DNA of 64,000 nucleotides. It comes from an uncultured Erysipelotrichaceae bacterium. GTDB taxonomy: Bacteria; Bacillota_I; Bacilli_A; RFN20; CAG-826. The DNA is taken from positions 66,136 through 130,135 of the forward strand of contig OMWW01000002.1 of NCBI GenBank assembly GCA_900314865.1, read 5' to 3'. The notes below the pieces were generated by a model. That model did no database searches. It was not told the origin of the DNA and saw nothing but the letters and a program-made list of their open reading frames with translations. Below are positions 9,173 to 18,629 of this stretch, in pieces. Every line of letters begins with the position of its first letter. Positions within the stretch are counted from its first letter, which is position 1. Made by a program: the position numbers and the translations under genes.

Positions 9173-10684
9173 TTAATCTTCGTTAGCGATGGCCGCCATC
9201 GCGTCTTCCCATTCTTTACTTGGAGAATCAAATCTCACGTAGTCTTTATAGAAGAATAAACGCGCTACACCAGTTTGACCAGCACGGTTTTTAGCAACTA
9301 TTACTTCAGTATATGAAGCATTGCCAGGAATTTCCGCACCTAAGTCTTTTTCTTTTTGAGCCTTTGCTAATTCAAATTTATCATTAGCGGTTAATTGACC
9401 GCCCTTCTTATTAGCGGCATTACTGGTCTTCTTATCAGCGTAGTAATCTTCTCTGTAAAGAAGAATAACAATATCCGCGTCTTGTTCGATGTTACCAGAA
9501 TCACGTAAGTCAGACATCACAGGACGTTGAGAATCACGTTTTTCAACCGCTCTAGAAAGTTGGCTAACTGCAATAACAGGAATCTTTAAGTCTCTCGCTA
9601 ACGCTTTTAAGGCTAAAGAGATTTGACGAACTTCTTCTTGTCTACTATCTGGGGAACGACCATTCTTATTAGCGATTTGTACTAAACCTAAATAGTCGAC
9701 CACAATCAAAGCTAAATCAGGTTCATGAGCCTGTAATTTAGTGGATTTAGTAATAATATCGTTTAGTTTAATTGATGGAGTATCATCAATATAAATTTTG
9801 GAATTAGCGAGTGTCTTAATAGAATTAAGAACTTTAACTTTTTCAGTGGCGGAAGTTAATCTACCAGAATTAATTCTCTTCGCATCAACACAGCTATCCA
9901 TCGCCACTAAACGGTTAAAGAGTTGTTCTTTGGACATTTCCAAGGAGAAAATCGCGACTGCTTTTTTAGAGTGAGTAGCGATTTTGTGTGCAAAGTTTAA
10001 ACATAAAGCGGTCTTGCCAACAGCAGGACGAGCAGCAACAACAATCAATTCACCAGGTTTAAAGCCTTGGGTAATTTGATTTAAACGATCATAACCAGTA
10101 GAAACACCAATAACATCGCTATCATTGTCTGCGTCTTGGAGTTTTTCTAAGTCTTGTTGAATAATAGGAGCGATTTCACTAGTGGTCACAAACGAAGAGA
10201 TGTGACGTTTAGAGATGCTAGATTTAAATCTATTCTCACTATCAAGAATGAAGTCGTTGATGTTCTCAATTTCTTCATTACGGTATTCACTATCGATATC
10301 TCTAATGGTGATAAGCATATTTCTAAGAACTGAGTTGTCTTGAATAATACGCATATAAAAAGTTAAGGTTGATGGAGCAACCATGGTGTTTGTACATTCT
10401 GCTAAATATTTAGCGCCACCAACATTTTCAAGTTCTTTAAGATTGTCTAATTCTTCAGCAACAGTTAAAACATCAACATCAACACCTCTAACAGCGAGGG
10501 ATTGAATAGCTCTAAACATGATTTGATGCTTGCCAAGATAAAAATCAGATTCTTCAAGGGTATTTAAAATATCAAGACAATAGTCCTTTTTAAGCATTGC
10601 GCTTCCAAGAACCACTCTTTCAGCGTCCGCGTTAAATGGAAGATCAACAGCAACTTTTTTATTTGAAGATTTACTTGATGCCAT
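9173..10684 (-). CDS. dnaB: Replicative DNA helicase.
   Basis: 503 aa. Walker A motif AARPAVGKTALCLNFA, and the characteristic DnaB N- and C-terminal domains (LPFNADAERVVLGSAML...). Confidence 0.95.
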   Translation of the reverse strand: MASSKSSNKKVAVDLPFNADAERVVLGSAMLKKDYCLDILNTLEESDFYLGKHQIMFRAIQSLAVRGVDVDVLTVAEELDNLKELENVGGAKYLAECTNTMVAPSTLTFYMRIIQDNSVLRNMLITIRDIDSEYRNEEIENINDFILDSENRFKSSISKRHISSFVTTSEIAPIIQQDLEKLQDADNDSDVIGVSTGYDRLNQITQGFKPGELIVVAARPAVGKTALCLNFAHKIATHSKKAVAIFSLEMSKEQLFNRLVAMDSCVDAKRINSGRLTSATEKVKVLNSIKTLANSKIYIDDTPSIKLNDIITKSTKLQAHEPDLALIVVDYLGLVQIANKNGRSPDSRQEEVRQISLALKALARDLKIPVIAVSQLSRAVEKRDSQRPVMSDLRDSGNIEQDADIVILLYREDYYADKKTSNAANKKGGQLTANDKFELAKAQKEKDLGAEIPGNASYTEVIVAKNRAGQTGVARLFFYKDYVRFDSPSKEWEDAMAAIANED

Positions 10685-10686
10685 GT

Positions 10687-11136
10687 CTACTCCTTTCCGC
10701 TGATATGGACGTTAACTTCGCCTACCACACCTTTATATAATTCAATGCGTAAACGATAAGCTCCAAGCATATCAAGAGGTCCTTTATCAATGAATTTTCT
10801 TTTATCAATGACGATGTTATGTTTGGCCTTCATTTCCTCTTCAACTTGTTTTAAAGAGATAGAGCCAAATAACTTCGAATCTTTTCCAACTTTAGCTGAA
10901 AATTCAAGGGTAATTCCCTTTAAAGTTTCAACAAGCTTTAATGCGTCTTTTCTAGCGTTTTCTTCAGCAATTCTGGCATTTTCCTTTTGGTTTTCGAGGA
11001 TTTCGACGCTTTTTTTGCTCACTGGAACCGCTAAATGTTTCTTGAGTAAAAAGTTGTTCGCGTAACCATCACTAACATTGACAGTTTGGTTCTTTTTACC
11101 AACGTTTTTAACATCTGCTAATAAGATAACTTCCAT
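10687..11136 (-). CDS. rplI: 50S ribosomal protein L9.
   Basis: MEVILLADVKNVGKK... The start was moved to the internal ATG at 11134-11136, which has a strong SD (GGAGAGGAG). The track ORF start at 11169 would lie inside gdpP. Confidence 0.9.
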   Translation of the reverse strand: MEVILLADVKNVGKKNQTVNVSDGYANNFLLKKHLAVPVSKKSVEILENQKENARIAEENARKDALKLVETLKGITLEFSAKVGKDSKLFGSISLKQVEEEMKAKHNIVIDKRKFIDKGPLDMLGAYRLRIELYKGVVGEVNVHISGKE

Positions 11137-11137
11137 G

Positions 11138-13198
11138 TTAAATCTCCTCTCCACCTTTCTTAATGCCATCAGATTTTGCTTCTGATAAATATTTTCTAAT
11201 CGTACTAATTAAAATCTCCTCGACTTCATGAACGTTGCTCTTTAGGAATGTAGCAGCGGCACTTGTGAAGTGTCCGCCTCCACCCATACGCTCACATAAT
11301 TTGGAAACGTTAATGAGTCCATCACTACGAGCAGAGATTTTAATTTCTTTGCCACTAGTCTTTCCAATAACAAATGCAGCGTGAATTCCTTTCATTGATA
11401 AACAGGAATTAGCAGCTTTAGCAATGGAAGCGGTGTCATAAATTTTATCTTCACTAGCAATCGCATAGACAACACCATAATCGGCAGTCTTCAATTTGCT
11501 AACAATTGAGGTAATTTCAAGGTACTCTTCATAGTCATCCTTAAGGAGATCATCAGCAACACTATTATCAGCGCCATATTCTTTTAAGATTGTGGAAGCT
11601 TCGAATGTTCGAATACCAGTGTTCTTACTCTTAAAGAAGGAACTATCTAAGAAGATACCAGAGAGCATAATTGTTGCGTAAGTAGGATTGAGCTCAATAC
11701 GAGGAGAAATAGAAGCGAATCTAATAAATTCAGTAATGAGTTCGGAAGCACTACTCGCGGCAGGATCAATATAGTTAAAGACAGGAGATTCGATATATTC
11801 TTCTGCTCTTCTATGATGGTCGATAACGACAATCATATTAGTTTTATCTAACACATCTGGCGCCATAACCATGCTTGGAATATGGACATCACAAACTACA
11901 ACAAGAGTTTCACTCTTAATCAAGCCAAGAGCCTCTCTAGGAGTGACAGTTAAGTTTTCAAGTTCTTCACGGTTGAAACTGCTAGTTAAGGCTGCTCTAG
12001 TTTTAGATTCAGTGGCTTTTAAATCAACGATGAGTTTAGACTCAACGTTCATTCTTTCACAGATTGCTTTAACGCCTAAACAGCTTCCTAAAGCGTCCAT
12101 GTCCATATTAGTGTGGCCCATGATTAAGACGTTAGAAGCATTCTTAATTAAATTAATTAAGGAGTCAGCAAGAACACGAATTTTAACTCTAGAACGTTTT
12201 TCTTGAGCTTCGGTTTTACCACCATAGAATTCCATTTCTTTTCCGTAAACAGAAACAACAACTTGGTCACCACCACGGCTCATCGCAATATCTAAAGCCG
12301 CACTAGCGAGTTCGTTAAGTTTAACGACATCAGGGAAGTCTCTAGCAATACCAATAGAAAGAGTTAATGGAATATTTTCACCAAAAGAAACGGATCTAAC
12401 TTTATCAACAACCGAGAAATTATCCGCTCTCATTTTGGTGTAAGCATCATAGTTACATAACATTAAGTAAGTACTATCTTTAAATCTTCTAAGAAGAATG
12501 CCATATGTTTTAGCATAATCAAAGATTACATCTTTAGCTTTAGTGATGGTGTCGTTATAGTCATCATCACCTTTAATGACTTCTTCATAGTTATCAATAG
12601 ATAAAATGCCAACAACAGGAGCTTGTTGTCTGGAATATGTATAAACAGATTCATAATCAGTTGTATCTTTAAAGATCCATAAGCCAGCGTCACTTAAGAA
12701 CTTCACTTCATAGTTACGGTTATTGATAATAATTTTCTTAACAACCGTGCTATTACTCTTTTCTTTGAGCTCTCTTAATTCGGATTGCCATTCAAAAATA
12801 TTGAGGTCAATGATATCAAGATGACGTTCTTTAAATAAATCATTGGTCCAAATGACCGTGTCATTATCATCAGTGACCGCTAGACCAATCATCGCGAAGT
12901 TATATGCTTCTTGAACGTCACTACCAATAACTTCAGCGGCTTTTAAGTCAGTTCTATGTCGATAAGAAGAAATCCTAGCGCTAGAAATAGCAACAAACAA
13001 AGTGTTGACCGCCACTAAAGAGGCCGCTCCTATACAAACATATTCAGGAATACAAATCTCTTGAGTGTGGAAGAAGTTATTAAAATAAAAGACGATAAAG
13101 GTAGCAATACCAAGTACTTCTAATATAACGATTGAAAAGCCTAAAGCTTTAGTGCGACTAATTTTCTTTTTCATAGTAAATCTATTATACATACTCAC
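11138..13198 (-). CDS. gdpP: c-di-AMP phosphodiesterase GdpP: two N-terminal TM helices, a PAS/degenerate-GGDEF region, and DHH and DHHA1 domains.
   Basis: DHH motif (VIDHHRR) and GGGH motif. It keeps the conserved gdpP-rplI-dnaB synteny of Firmicutes. Confidence 0.85.
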   Translation of the reverse strand: MSMYNRFTMKKKISRTKALGFSIVILEVLGIATFIVFYFNNFFHTQEICIPEYVCIGAASLVAVNTLFVAISSARISSYRHRTDLKAAEVIGSDVQEAYNFAMIGLAVTDDNDTVIWTNDLFKERHLDIIDLNIFEWQSELRELKEKSNSTVVKKIIINNRNYEVKFLSDAGLWIFKDTTDYESVYTYSRQQAPVVGILSIDNYEEVIKGDDDYNDTITKAKDVIFDYAKTYGILLRRFKDSTYLMLCNYDAYTKMRADNFSVVDKVRSVSFGENIPLTLSIGIARDFPDVVKLNELASAALDIAMSRGGDQVVVSVYGKEMEFYGGKTEAQEKRSRVKIRVLADSLINLIKNASNVLIMGHTNMDMDALGSCLGVKAICERMNVESKLIVDLKATESKTRAALTSSFNREELENLTVTPREALGLIKSETLVVVCDVHIPSMVMAPDVLDKTNMIVVIDHHRRAEEYIESPVFNYIDPAASSASELITEFIRFASISPRIELNPTYATIMLSGIFLDSSFFKSKNTGIRTFEASTILKEYGADNSVADDLLKDDYEEYLEITSIVSKLKTADYGVVYAIASEDKIYDTASIAKAANSCLSMKGIHAAFVIGKTSGKEIKISARSDGLINVSKLCERMGGGGHFTSAAATFLKSNVHEVEEILISTIRKYLSEAKSDGIKKGGEEI

Positions 13199-13226
13199 GC
13201 GTACATTGGGAAGAGAAAAACAGGTA

Positions 13227-13251
13227 ATTCCTGTTTTGATTAGATGTAGTC
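13227..13251. terminator. Hairpin insulator between the divergent gdpP and GT2 promoters.
   Basis: AACAGGTAATTCCTGTT has T-rich flanks on both strands. Confidence 0.3.
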
Positions 13252-13320
13252 TTTTATCTGTTACTTTTCTACAAAAATTAATATAAGAAGCATGCTGATT
13301 TTTTATATAATTAGAGGGTA

Positions 13321-14325
13321 ATGAAAAAAGATGTTGTTATCTTAATACCTTCATATGAACCAGACGAATTATTCGTCGATATAATCAAGAATTTGATAGC
13401 TACTGGTTACCAAGTTTTAGTGGTTAACGATGGTTCTTCTGATGAATACGAAAAAGTGTTTGATCAAGTAAAAAAAGCGGTTTCTTATATCAAACAAACC
13501 CCAAATAATGGTAAAGGTGCAGCGTTAAAACTCGGATTTTCAAAAATTAAAGAATTCTTCCCTGACGCTAAATACGTGATTACTGCAGATGGAGATGGAC
13601 AACACTCCTTAAAAGATATCAATCGTGTTTATGAAAAGCTCCAAGAAACGGACAAATTAGTTTTTGGGGTTCGTAAATTTAAAGGCGTCCCATTTAGAAG
13701 TAAATTTGGCAATGACTTAAGTAGATTCACTCGTTCACTATTAACCAAGCAATATATTGAAGATGATCAATGCGGTCTTAGAGGCTTCCCAGTTAGATAT
13801 ATTGATGAACTAGTCACTATCGCTGGTAATCGATATGAATATGAAATGAATCAAATCGTTTTATTCCAAATTAAACAATATGACATCATTCCTCTTCCAA
13901 TTGAAACCATCTATTTAGAGAAGAACAGCAGAAGTCACTTTTCTCCTGTTATTGATACGATTAAAATTCAATCACGTATTTTATCTCACTCAATCATCGC
14001 GTTACTTTGTAACGTCTTACTCATTTTAGGTATTTATTTTGGAATTAAAAATGGTTACCACTCAGCGCTTGTGGTGTCGGTTTCTTATTTCGCCACGACT
14101 TTGATTTATCTAGCAGCGATAAGTGGCTTATATCCTTCTAAAGAACCATTTAGAAGAATGATCAAAGAATGTGGATATATGCTCATGAGGTTACTATTAA
14201 CCTGGGTTATCATCTTTGCGTTTGTCGACAATTTAAAAATGCCGATTGAAGTGTTCGCACCTCTAGGTGTCTTCTTCTCGGCATTCATGAATTTTGTTGT
14301 ATCCTTCTTTTTGAGAAAGAAATAA
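13321..14325 (+). CDS. Family 2 glycosyltransferase (DPM1-like) with a C-terminal membrane domain.
   Basis: VVILIPSYEPDELF...VVNDGSSDE... DxD-type N-terminal GT-A signature and C-terminal hydrophobic helices. Confidence 0.75.
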   Translation: MKKDVVILIPSYEPDELFVDIIKNLIATGYQVLVVNDGSSDEYEKVFDQVKKAVSYIKQTPNNGKGAALKLGFSKIKEFFPDAKYVITADGDGQHSLKDINRVYEKLQETDKLVFGVRKFKGVPFRSKFGNDLSRFTRSLLTKQYIEDDQCGLRGFPVRYIDELVTIAGNRYEYEMNQIVLFQIKQYDIIPLPIETIYLEKNSRSHFSPVIDTIKIQSRILSHSIIALLCNVLLILGIYFGIKNGYHSALVVSVSYFATTLIYLAAISGLYPSKEPFRRMIKECGYMLMRLLLTWVIIFAFVDNLKMPIEVFAPLGVFFSAFMNFVVSFFLRKK

Positions 14326-14985
14326 TTATTTGGGCCAGACAAAAGTTGAATTCAAATCTTGTTCCCCATTATCGATTAAAAGATCTTGGCCAGACATGGA
14401 TTTGTTTTTTATTAATAGGAAATACACCCACTCCGCAACTTCGTCTTCATTCATCCACTTTTTAAGTGGGGTAACTTCCATCACTTCTTTCCAAAGTTTA
14501 GGATCATCAGTTACAGGTTTATTTGATTCAGTCAACACTCCACCTAAAGATATTGAGTTACAAAGTACTCCTTGAGGCGCAACACGGATAGCGACATTTT
14601 TCATGTAACCGATAAGACCGCTTTTACTCGCTACATATTCTGGGAATTCTTGTCCACTTCTAGCAGAGGCTGAAGCATTAATCAACATCGCTTTCACATC
14701 TTTATCAAAGCCATATTTTTCAATCGTGTTTATAGTACCAACGAGGTTGTTATTTATATCATCACCGCTATTTTGTTTTCCCGCATTAGCAAAAACATAA
14801 TTGAGTCCAGAAATTGTAGGAAGTTCGCTCTTTTTAGAAATGTCGGCTTTATAGTGATGATAATTAGGATCGTCAATAGAAGCATCTAAAATATCAATTC
14901 CAAATACTTCGAAACCTTCTTTTAAAAACTTAATGGCAGTTGCTTTGCCTATCCCTTTAGAGGTACCAGTAATTAAAATCTTCAT
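14326..14985 (-). CDS. SDR-family short-chain dehydrogenase/reductase.
   Basis: N-terminal TGTSKGIGKA Rossmann motif. 219 aa. Confidence 0.8.
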   Translation of the reverse strand: MKILITGTSKGIGKATAIKFLKEGFEVFGIDILDASIDDPNYHHYKADISKKSELPTISGLNYVFANAGKQNSGDDINNNLVGTINTIEKYGFDKDVKAMLINASASARSGQEFPEYVASKSGLIGYMKNVAIRVAPQGVLCNSISLGGVLTESNKPVTDDPKLWKEVMEVTPLKKWMNEDEVAEWVYFLLIKNKSMSGQDLLIDNGEQDLNSTFVWPK

Positions 14986-15710
14986 AACGCTTCCTTTCTA
15001 CTTAAATAAGCTTCACCAACATTTTCTTGTTTCCATTTTTTGCATACCCAATAGCCAAACGGAGAAAAGACAACTTCCATGAAAAGCTCTAAGGACGCTC
15101 CTATAAGGGAACACGTTAAGCATTGAACAAATGTCCAAGAGAAACCATCCCAGAAAATAGGGGCGAATAACATAAAGGTTAAAAGTGAAAACACTAAGTT
15201 ATCAAAGAATTGACCAACAAAGGTAGAGACATAGGTTCTAGTGAAGAAGGCTAATTTACCATCAGGGTTCTTTTTGAATGATAAACCGATGATGAAATTA
15301 AGGAAGTTATTAAGTAACGCACTGCTGATAAAGGCAATCGTGCTACTTAAAAGGATGAACCATGTTCCTCCAAAGATACCATTAAAGGCACTATAGTCAT
15401 AATTGGTTGGGATAACACTTACAACATAGAAGATTAAACAGCATAACAAGTTCACACATATCGCAAAGATTGATAACTTGTTTGCAGCTTTAAGTCCAAA
15501 GTGCTTAACTGTGATATCCATACACAAGAAAGAAAGCCACGATACTAAAATACCGCCATCGAGGGCGACATATTGATTCTGGTATATGGTTTTATTTGCT
15601 AAGAGGTTCATCGTCACTACTGAGATGACAAATAACGCTGTTACAGTAGAGGGAATCGCTCTAAAGAGTGATTTGGTGTCAATCCACCAATCACGTATGA
15701 ATTTTTTCAT
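14982..15710 (-). CDS. Putative queuosine-precursor transporter (YhhQ/DUF165 family) membrane protein.
   Basis: Six-helix membrane protein. The CMDITVKHFG region is consistent with the YhhQ family, by pattern memory only. Confidence 0.45.
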   Translation of the reverse strand: MKKFIRDWWIDTKSLFRAIPSTVTALFVISVVTMNLLANKTIYQNQYVALDGGILVSWLSFLCMDITVKHFGLKAANKLSIFAICVNLLCCLIFYVVSVIPTNYDYSAFNGIFGGTWFILLSSTIAFISSALLNNFLNFIIGLSFKKNPDGKLAFFTRTYVSTFVGQFFDNLVFSLLTFMLFAPIFWDGFSWTFVQCLTCSLIGASLELFMEVVFSPFGYWVCKKWKQENVGEAYLSRKEAL

Positions 15711-15772
15711 AAAAAAATCTCCTTGGTTTTATTTTATATAGCGAAGGATTTAGAGGCCGAACTTCGCTCATC
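15711..15772 (-). promoter_or_regulatory. Candidate preQ1-I-like riboswitch / translational leader of the YhhQ-like gene.
   Basis: The minus-strand RNA forms a 7-bp stem (AGCGAAG/CUUCGCU) with a UUC-initiated loop containing CUCU. An A-rich tail, AUAUAAAAUAAAACCAAGGAG, ends in the SD. The loop CUCU could pair with the SD GGAG. YhhQ genes are classic preQ1-riboswitch targets. Confidence 0.3.
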
Positions 15773-15806
15773 AAATTATATATGATTTTTAATTGGACAC
15801 AATCAA

Positions 15807-16481
15807 TTATTTTGACTTATCAAAAAGTTTAAGAAGAAATACTCCTGGAATAGTGCCAATGGAGTTAAAGAAAATAACAAAGGCAAGGTTAACAAATGTA
15901 TAGCCATTAAAATGATTTCCAAATCCGAAATAGAACATATTAGCGATACAGTGTTGGAAACCAGCGTACACAAAAACAAATACGAATAAGACTAATAAAG
16001 AAATACCTATTGGTCTAAATCTATCTTTAGCGAATGCTTTAACCGCTAAATAGACACATAATCCACACAAGAATGATTTCACCATCATGGATAAATAATC
16101 GTTAAAAGTAATAAGTGAAGTTCTTGAAGCGCAAACACTATTAACGGTGGTCATAATCTCAGTGTTTTTAAAGATGACATAGCAAATTAAGCCTAAAGAA
16201 ACCGCTCCAATTGCGTTTCCCACCAACATAATTGGTAAAGAAATATAGAAGCTGTTTTCTTGTTTCTTTTCAAACACTAAACCAATCTTTCCGGTGTATA
16301 AAGCAAGATAAAAAGTACAAACAAGGAATAAACCAATAGAGAAAAGAAGCGAGCCCAAGACTTTGCCAAGTTCTCCATCAACATAATGGATCATGAGGAT
16401 ATATAAAAATCCACCAAGTCCAATCGCTAAACCTGCTAAGATGCCTTTTAATAATACAAATAAATAATTAAGTTGTTTCAT
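15807..16481 (-). CDS. Formate/nitrite transporter (FNT) family protein, short form.
   Basis: ILAGLAIGLGG and GFQHCIANMF match the FNT signature motifs (LAGAxIGxG; GFEHSIANM). Confidence 0.6.
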   Translation of the reverse strand: MKQLNYLFVLLKGILAGLAIGLGGFLYILMIHYVDGELGKVLGSLLFSIGLFLVCTFYLALYTGKIGLVFEKKQENSFYISLPIMLVGNAIGAVSLGLICYVIFKNTEIMTTVNSVCASRTSLITFNDYLSMMVKSFLCGLCVYLAVKAFAKDRFRPIGISLLVLFVFVFVYAGFQHCIANMFYFGFGNHFNGYTFVNLAFVIFFNSIGTIPGVFLLKLFDKSK

Positions 16482-16569
16482 TTTCTTTGAAAAACATAGT
16501 AAAACAAAGGCCAGTTAGTTTTCAATAGAAGTTCAAAAAAAGAACACGCTTAGCGTATTCTTCATTGGT

Positions 16570-17109
16570 TTAATAATTCTTGGCTTGTCTTTCGAAATAG
16601 CTCTTTGGATGTTTACAAGTTGGACATACCTCAGGAGCTTCTTTACCGACGTGGATATGACCGCAATTACGACATTTCCAAATCACAACATCTTCGCTAA
16701 CAAAGACTTTATCTTCTTTAACTCGTTTTAGTAAGGCTAAATATCTTTCTTCGTGTTCTTTTTCAATTTTAGCAACGAGTTCAAACTTTAGAGCGATTTC
16801 TAAAAATCCTTCTTCTCTAGCAACCTCAGCCATATGTTTGTACATATCTGTCCATTCAAAGTTTTCACCTTCCGCTGCATCTTTTAAATTAACTTCTGTA
16901 GTAGGAACAGCGCCACCATGGAGATATTTGAACCAAAGTTCAGCGTGTTCTTTTTCATTATCAGCGGTTTCTAAAAACAAGGCTGCAATTTGTTCATACC
17001 CTTCTTTTTTAGCTTTTGAAGCATAATAAGTATATTTGTTTCTTGCTTGACTTTCTCCAGCAAAAGCAATTTCCAAATTTTTTTCAGTTTTACTACCTTT
17101 TAATTCCAT
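16570..17109 (-). CDS. rbr: Rubrerythrin, with a C-terminal rubredoxin-like domain.
   Basis: Diiron E..H motifs ([16 protein letters not shown]) and a C-terminal CRNCG...CPTC domain. Confidence 0.9.
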   Translation of the reverse strand: MELKGSKTEKNLEIAFAGESQARNKYTYYASKAKKEGYEQIAALFLETADNEKEHAELWFKYLHGGAVPTTEVNLKDAAEGENFEWTDMYKHMAEVAREEGFLEIALKFELVAKIEKEHEERYLALLKRVKEDKVFVSEDVVIWKCRNCGHIHVGKEAPEVCPTCKHPKSYFERQAKNY

Positions 17110-17178
17110 ATGTCATTCTCCTTTATTATTATTTTAGCTGAGTTCTAGTGATATGAAAATTATTTGACTATATCATAT

Positions 17179-17856
17179 TTATCTAATCTTTAATTTCTTT
17201 AAATATTCTTTGTGTTCTTCACTCACTCTATATGATTCTATCGCTTTTTGAATAGCCTTGTTATGAGTAAAGGAATCAAATGATTTATCTTTGATAGGTT
17301 TGACAAATGAATCGTAGTTCTTCGCTAACCCAGTAGCAAGATACCACGCGATCATCATCTTAACGTAGTAATCATCAAGTTTAACTTCTTTCACTTTATC
17401 GATGTGTTCTTCTTTGAAATCTTCATCAAGGTAATAATTCATTAAGCACTTAACAGCGTATCTGACTCGATATAGTTCATCACTCTTAAGCCACTTATAT
17501 ATTTCCTTAATTAATTTATCTTTATATTTATTCAAATGCTTATTGCAGATTGCGTCAGACACACTCCAATTAGTGACATAAGGAAGAAAAGAGTCGACTT
17601 CCTTAATGAATTCATCATAATCTTTAATGTTTGAGAGAATAAAAGCGTGTAATAAATTCTCTTCATGATAAACGTGTGGAAGAGAAGATAAAAATTCTTT
17701 TCTTTCTACTTCAGTTAACTCCTTCGCATACTTTTTTATTAAAGGAAGACGAACCCCGATAAATGTCGTTTCATCAACGTTAGGAATTAGAGGCAAAGTA
17801 AAATCACGATACTTTTGATCTTGCAGTGACAAAAGGTGTTTTTGAATGTCCGTCAT
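17179..17856 (-). CDS. DNA alkylation repair enzyme-like (AlkD/AlkC HEAT-repeat family) protein.
   Basis: 225-aa alpha-helical protein starting MTDIQKHLLSLQDQKYRDF..., resembling DNA_alkylation repair family proteins. Confidence 0.5.
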   Translation of the reverse strand: MTDIQKHLLSLQDQKYRDFTLPLIPNVDETTFIGVRLPLIKKYAKELTEVERKEFLSSLPHVYHEENLLHAFILSNIKDYDEFIKEVDSFLPYVTNWSVSDAICNKHLNKYKDKLIKEIYKWLKSDELYRVRYAVKCLMNYYLDEDFKEEHIDKVKEVKLDDYYVKMMIAWYLATGLAKNYDSFVKPIKDKSFDSFTHNKAIQKAIESYRVSEEHKEYLKKLKIR

Positions 17857-17937
17857 AACTATGTTTTATTATAACTTATCCCCCCTACTTGCTTGAGCAA
17901 AAATCTTTATTGTTGACTTTAAATAATCATTTATACT

Positions 17938-17962
17938 AAAGTAATGATAGATAAAGTATCAT
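17938..17962. promoter_or_regulatory. Probable TetR operator: inverted repeat AATGATA-N7-TATCATT.
   Basis: A palindrome sits immediately upstream of, and overlapping, the TetR gene start. A second TATCATT half-site lies 15 nt downstream. Confidence 0.4.
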
Positions 17963-17963
17963 T

Positions 17964-18608
17964 TTGAAAGTGAGACTATCATTTATGGGATTTAAGGACC
18001 TTAAGACAGCTTTTATTGTCGAAGTCGCAAATAGGCTCTTTTTACAACGCGGAATTCGTGATGTCACAATTAAAGACATCGCTAATGAAGCCGGAATTGG
18101 AGAAGCGACTATTTATCGTCATTTTTCTAAGAAGCAAAATATCGTTTTAGCTTCCGCTCTTTCTCTTAAGGAAAAAGTTTTCAAAGGCTATTTTGATTTA
18201 TCTAAAGGGGTAACTGGTTTCGAAAAGTTATCCATCTTTTATAACTCTTACCTTACCATTTTTCGTCATTCACCTGAGTATTTTTATTTTATTAATGAAT
18301 TTGATGCATACATGTGCATGGAAGAGAATATTTCTCTAGATGAATATGAAGAAGAAATCGACTCCTTCAAATCAGAATATTTAGAGGCATATGAAGCAGG
18401 TTTAAAAGATCACTCTGTTCGTAAGATTGATTCCATTAAAACTTTCTATTTCGCCACTACACATTCTCTACTTGAGCTTTGTAAGAAACTCGCGGTTACT
18501 CGTGCTCTTCTTAAACAAGATCAAAATTCTGAAAAAGAGAAAGAAATCGAATGTTTGATTGAAATCATTCTTGCTTCTATTAAACAAAATGAATCAAATT
18601 CCAAATAA
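17964..18608 (+). CDS. TetR/AcrR family transcriptional regulator.
   Basis: HTH segment VTIKDIANEAGIGEATIYRHFSKKQNIV. The true start may be the internal ATG at 17985. Confidence 0.85.
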   Translation: MKVRLSFMGFKDLKTAFIVEVANRLFLQRGIRDVTIKDIANEAGIGEATIYRHFSKKQNIVLASALSLKEKVFKGYFDLSKGVTGFEKLSIFYNSYLTIFRHSPEYFYFINEFDAYMCMEENISLDEYEEEIDSFKSEYLEAYEAGLKDHSVRKIDSIKTFYFATTHSLLELCKKLAVTRALLKQDQNSEKEKEIECLIEIILASIKQNESNSK

Positions 18609-18629
18609 TTTCGAAAGGAAATTTTATTT

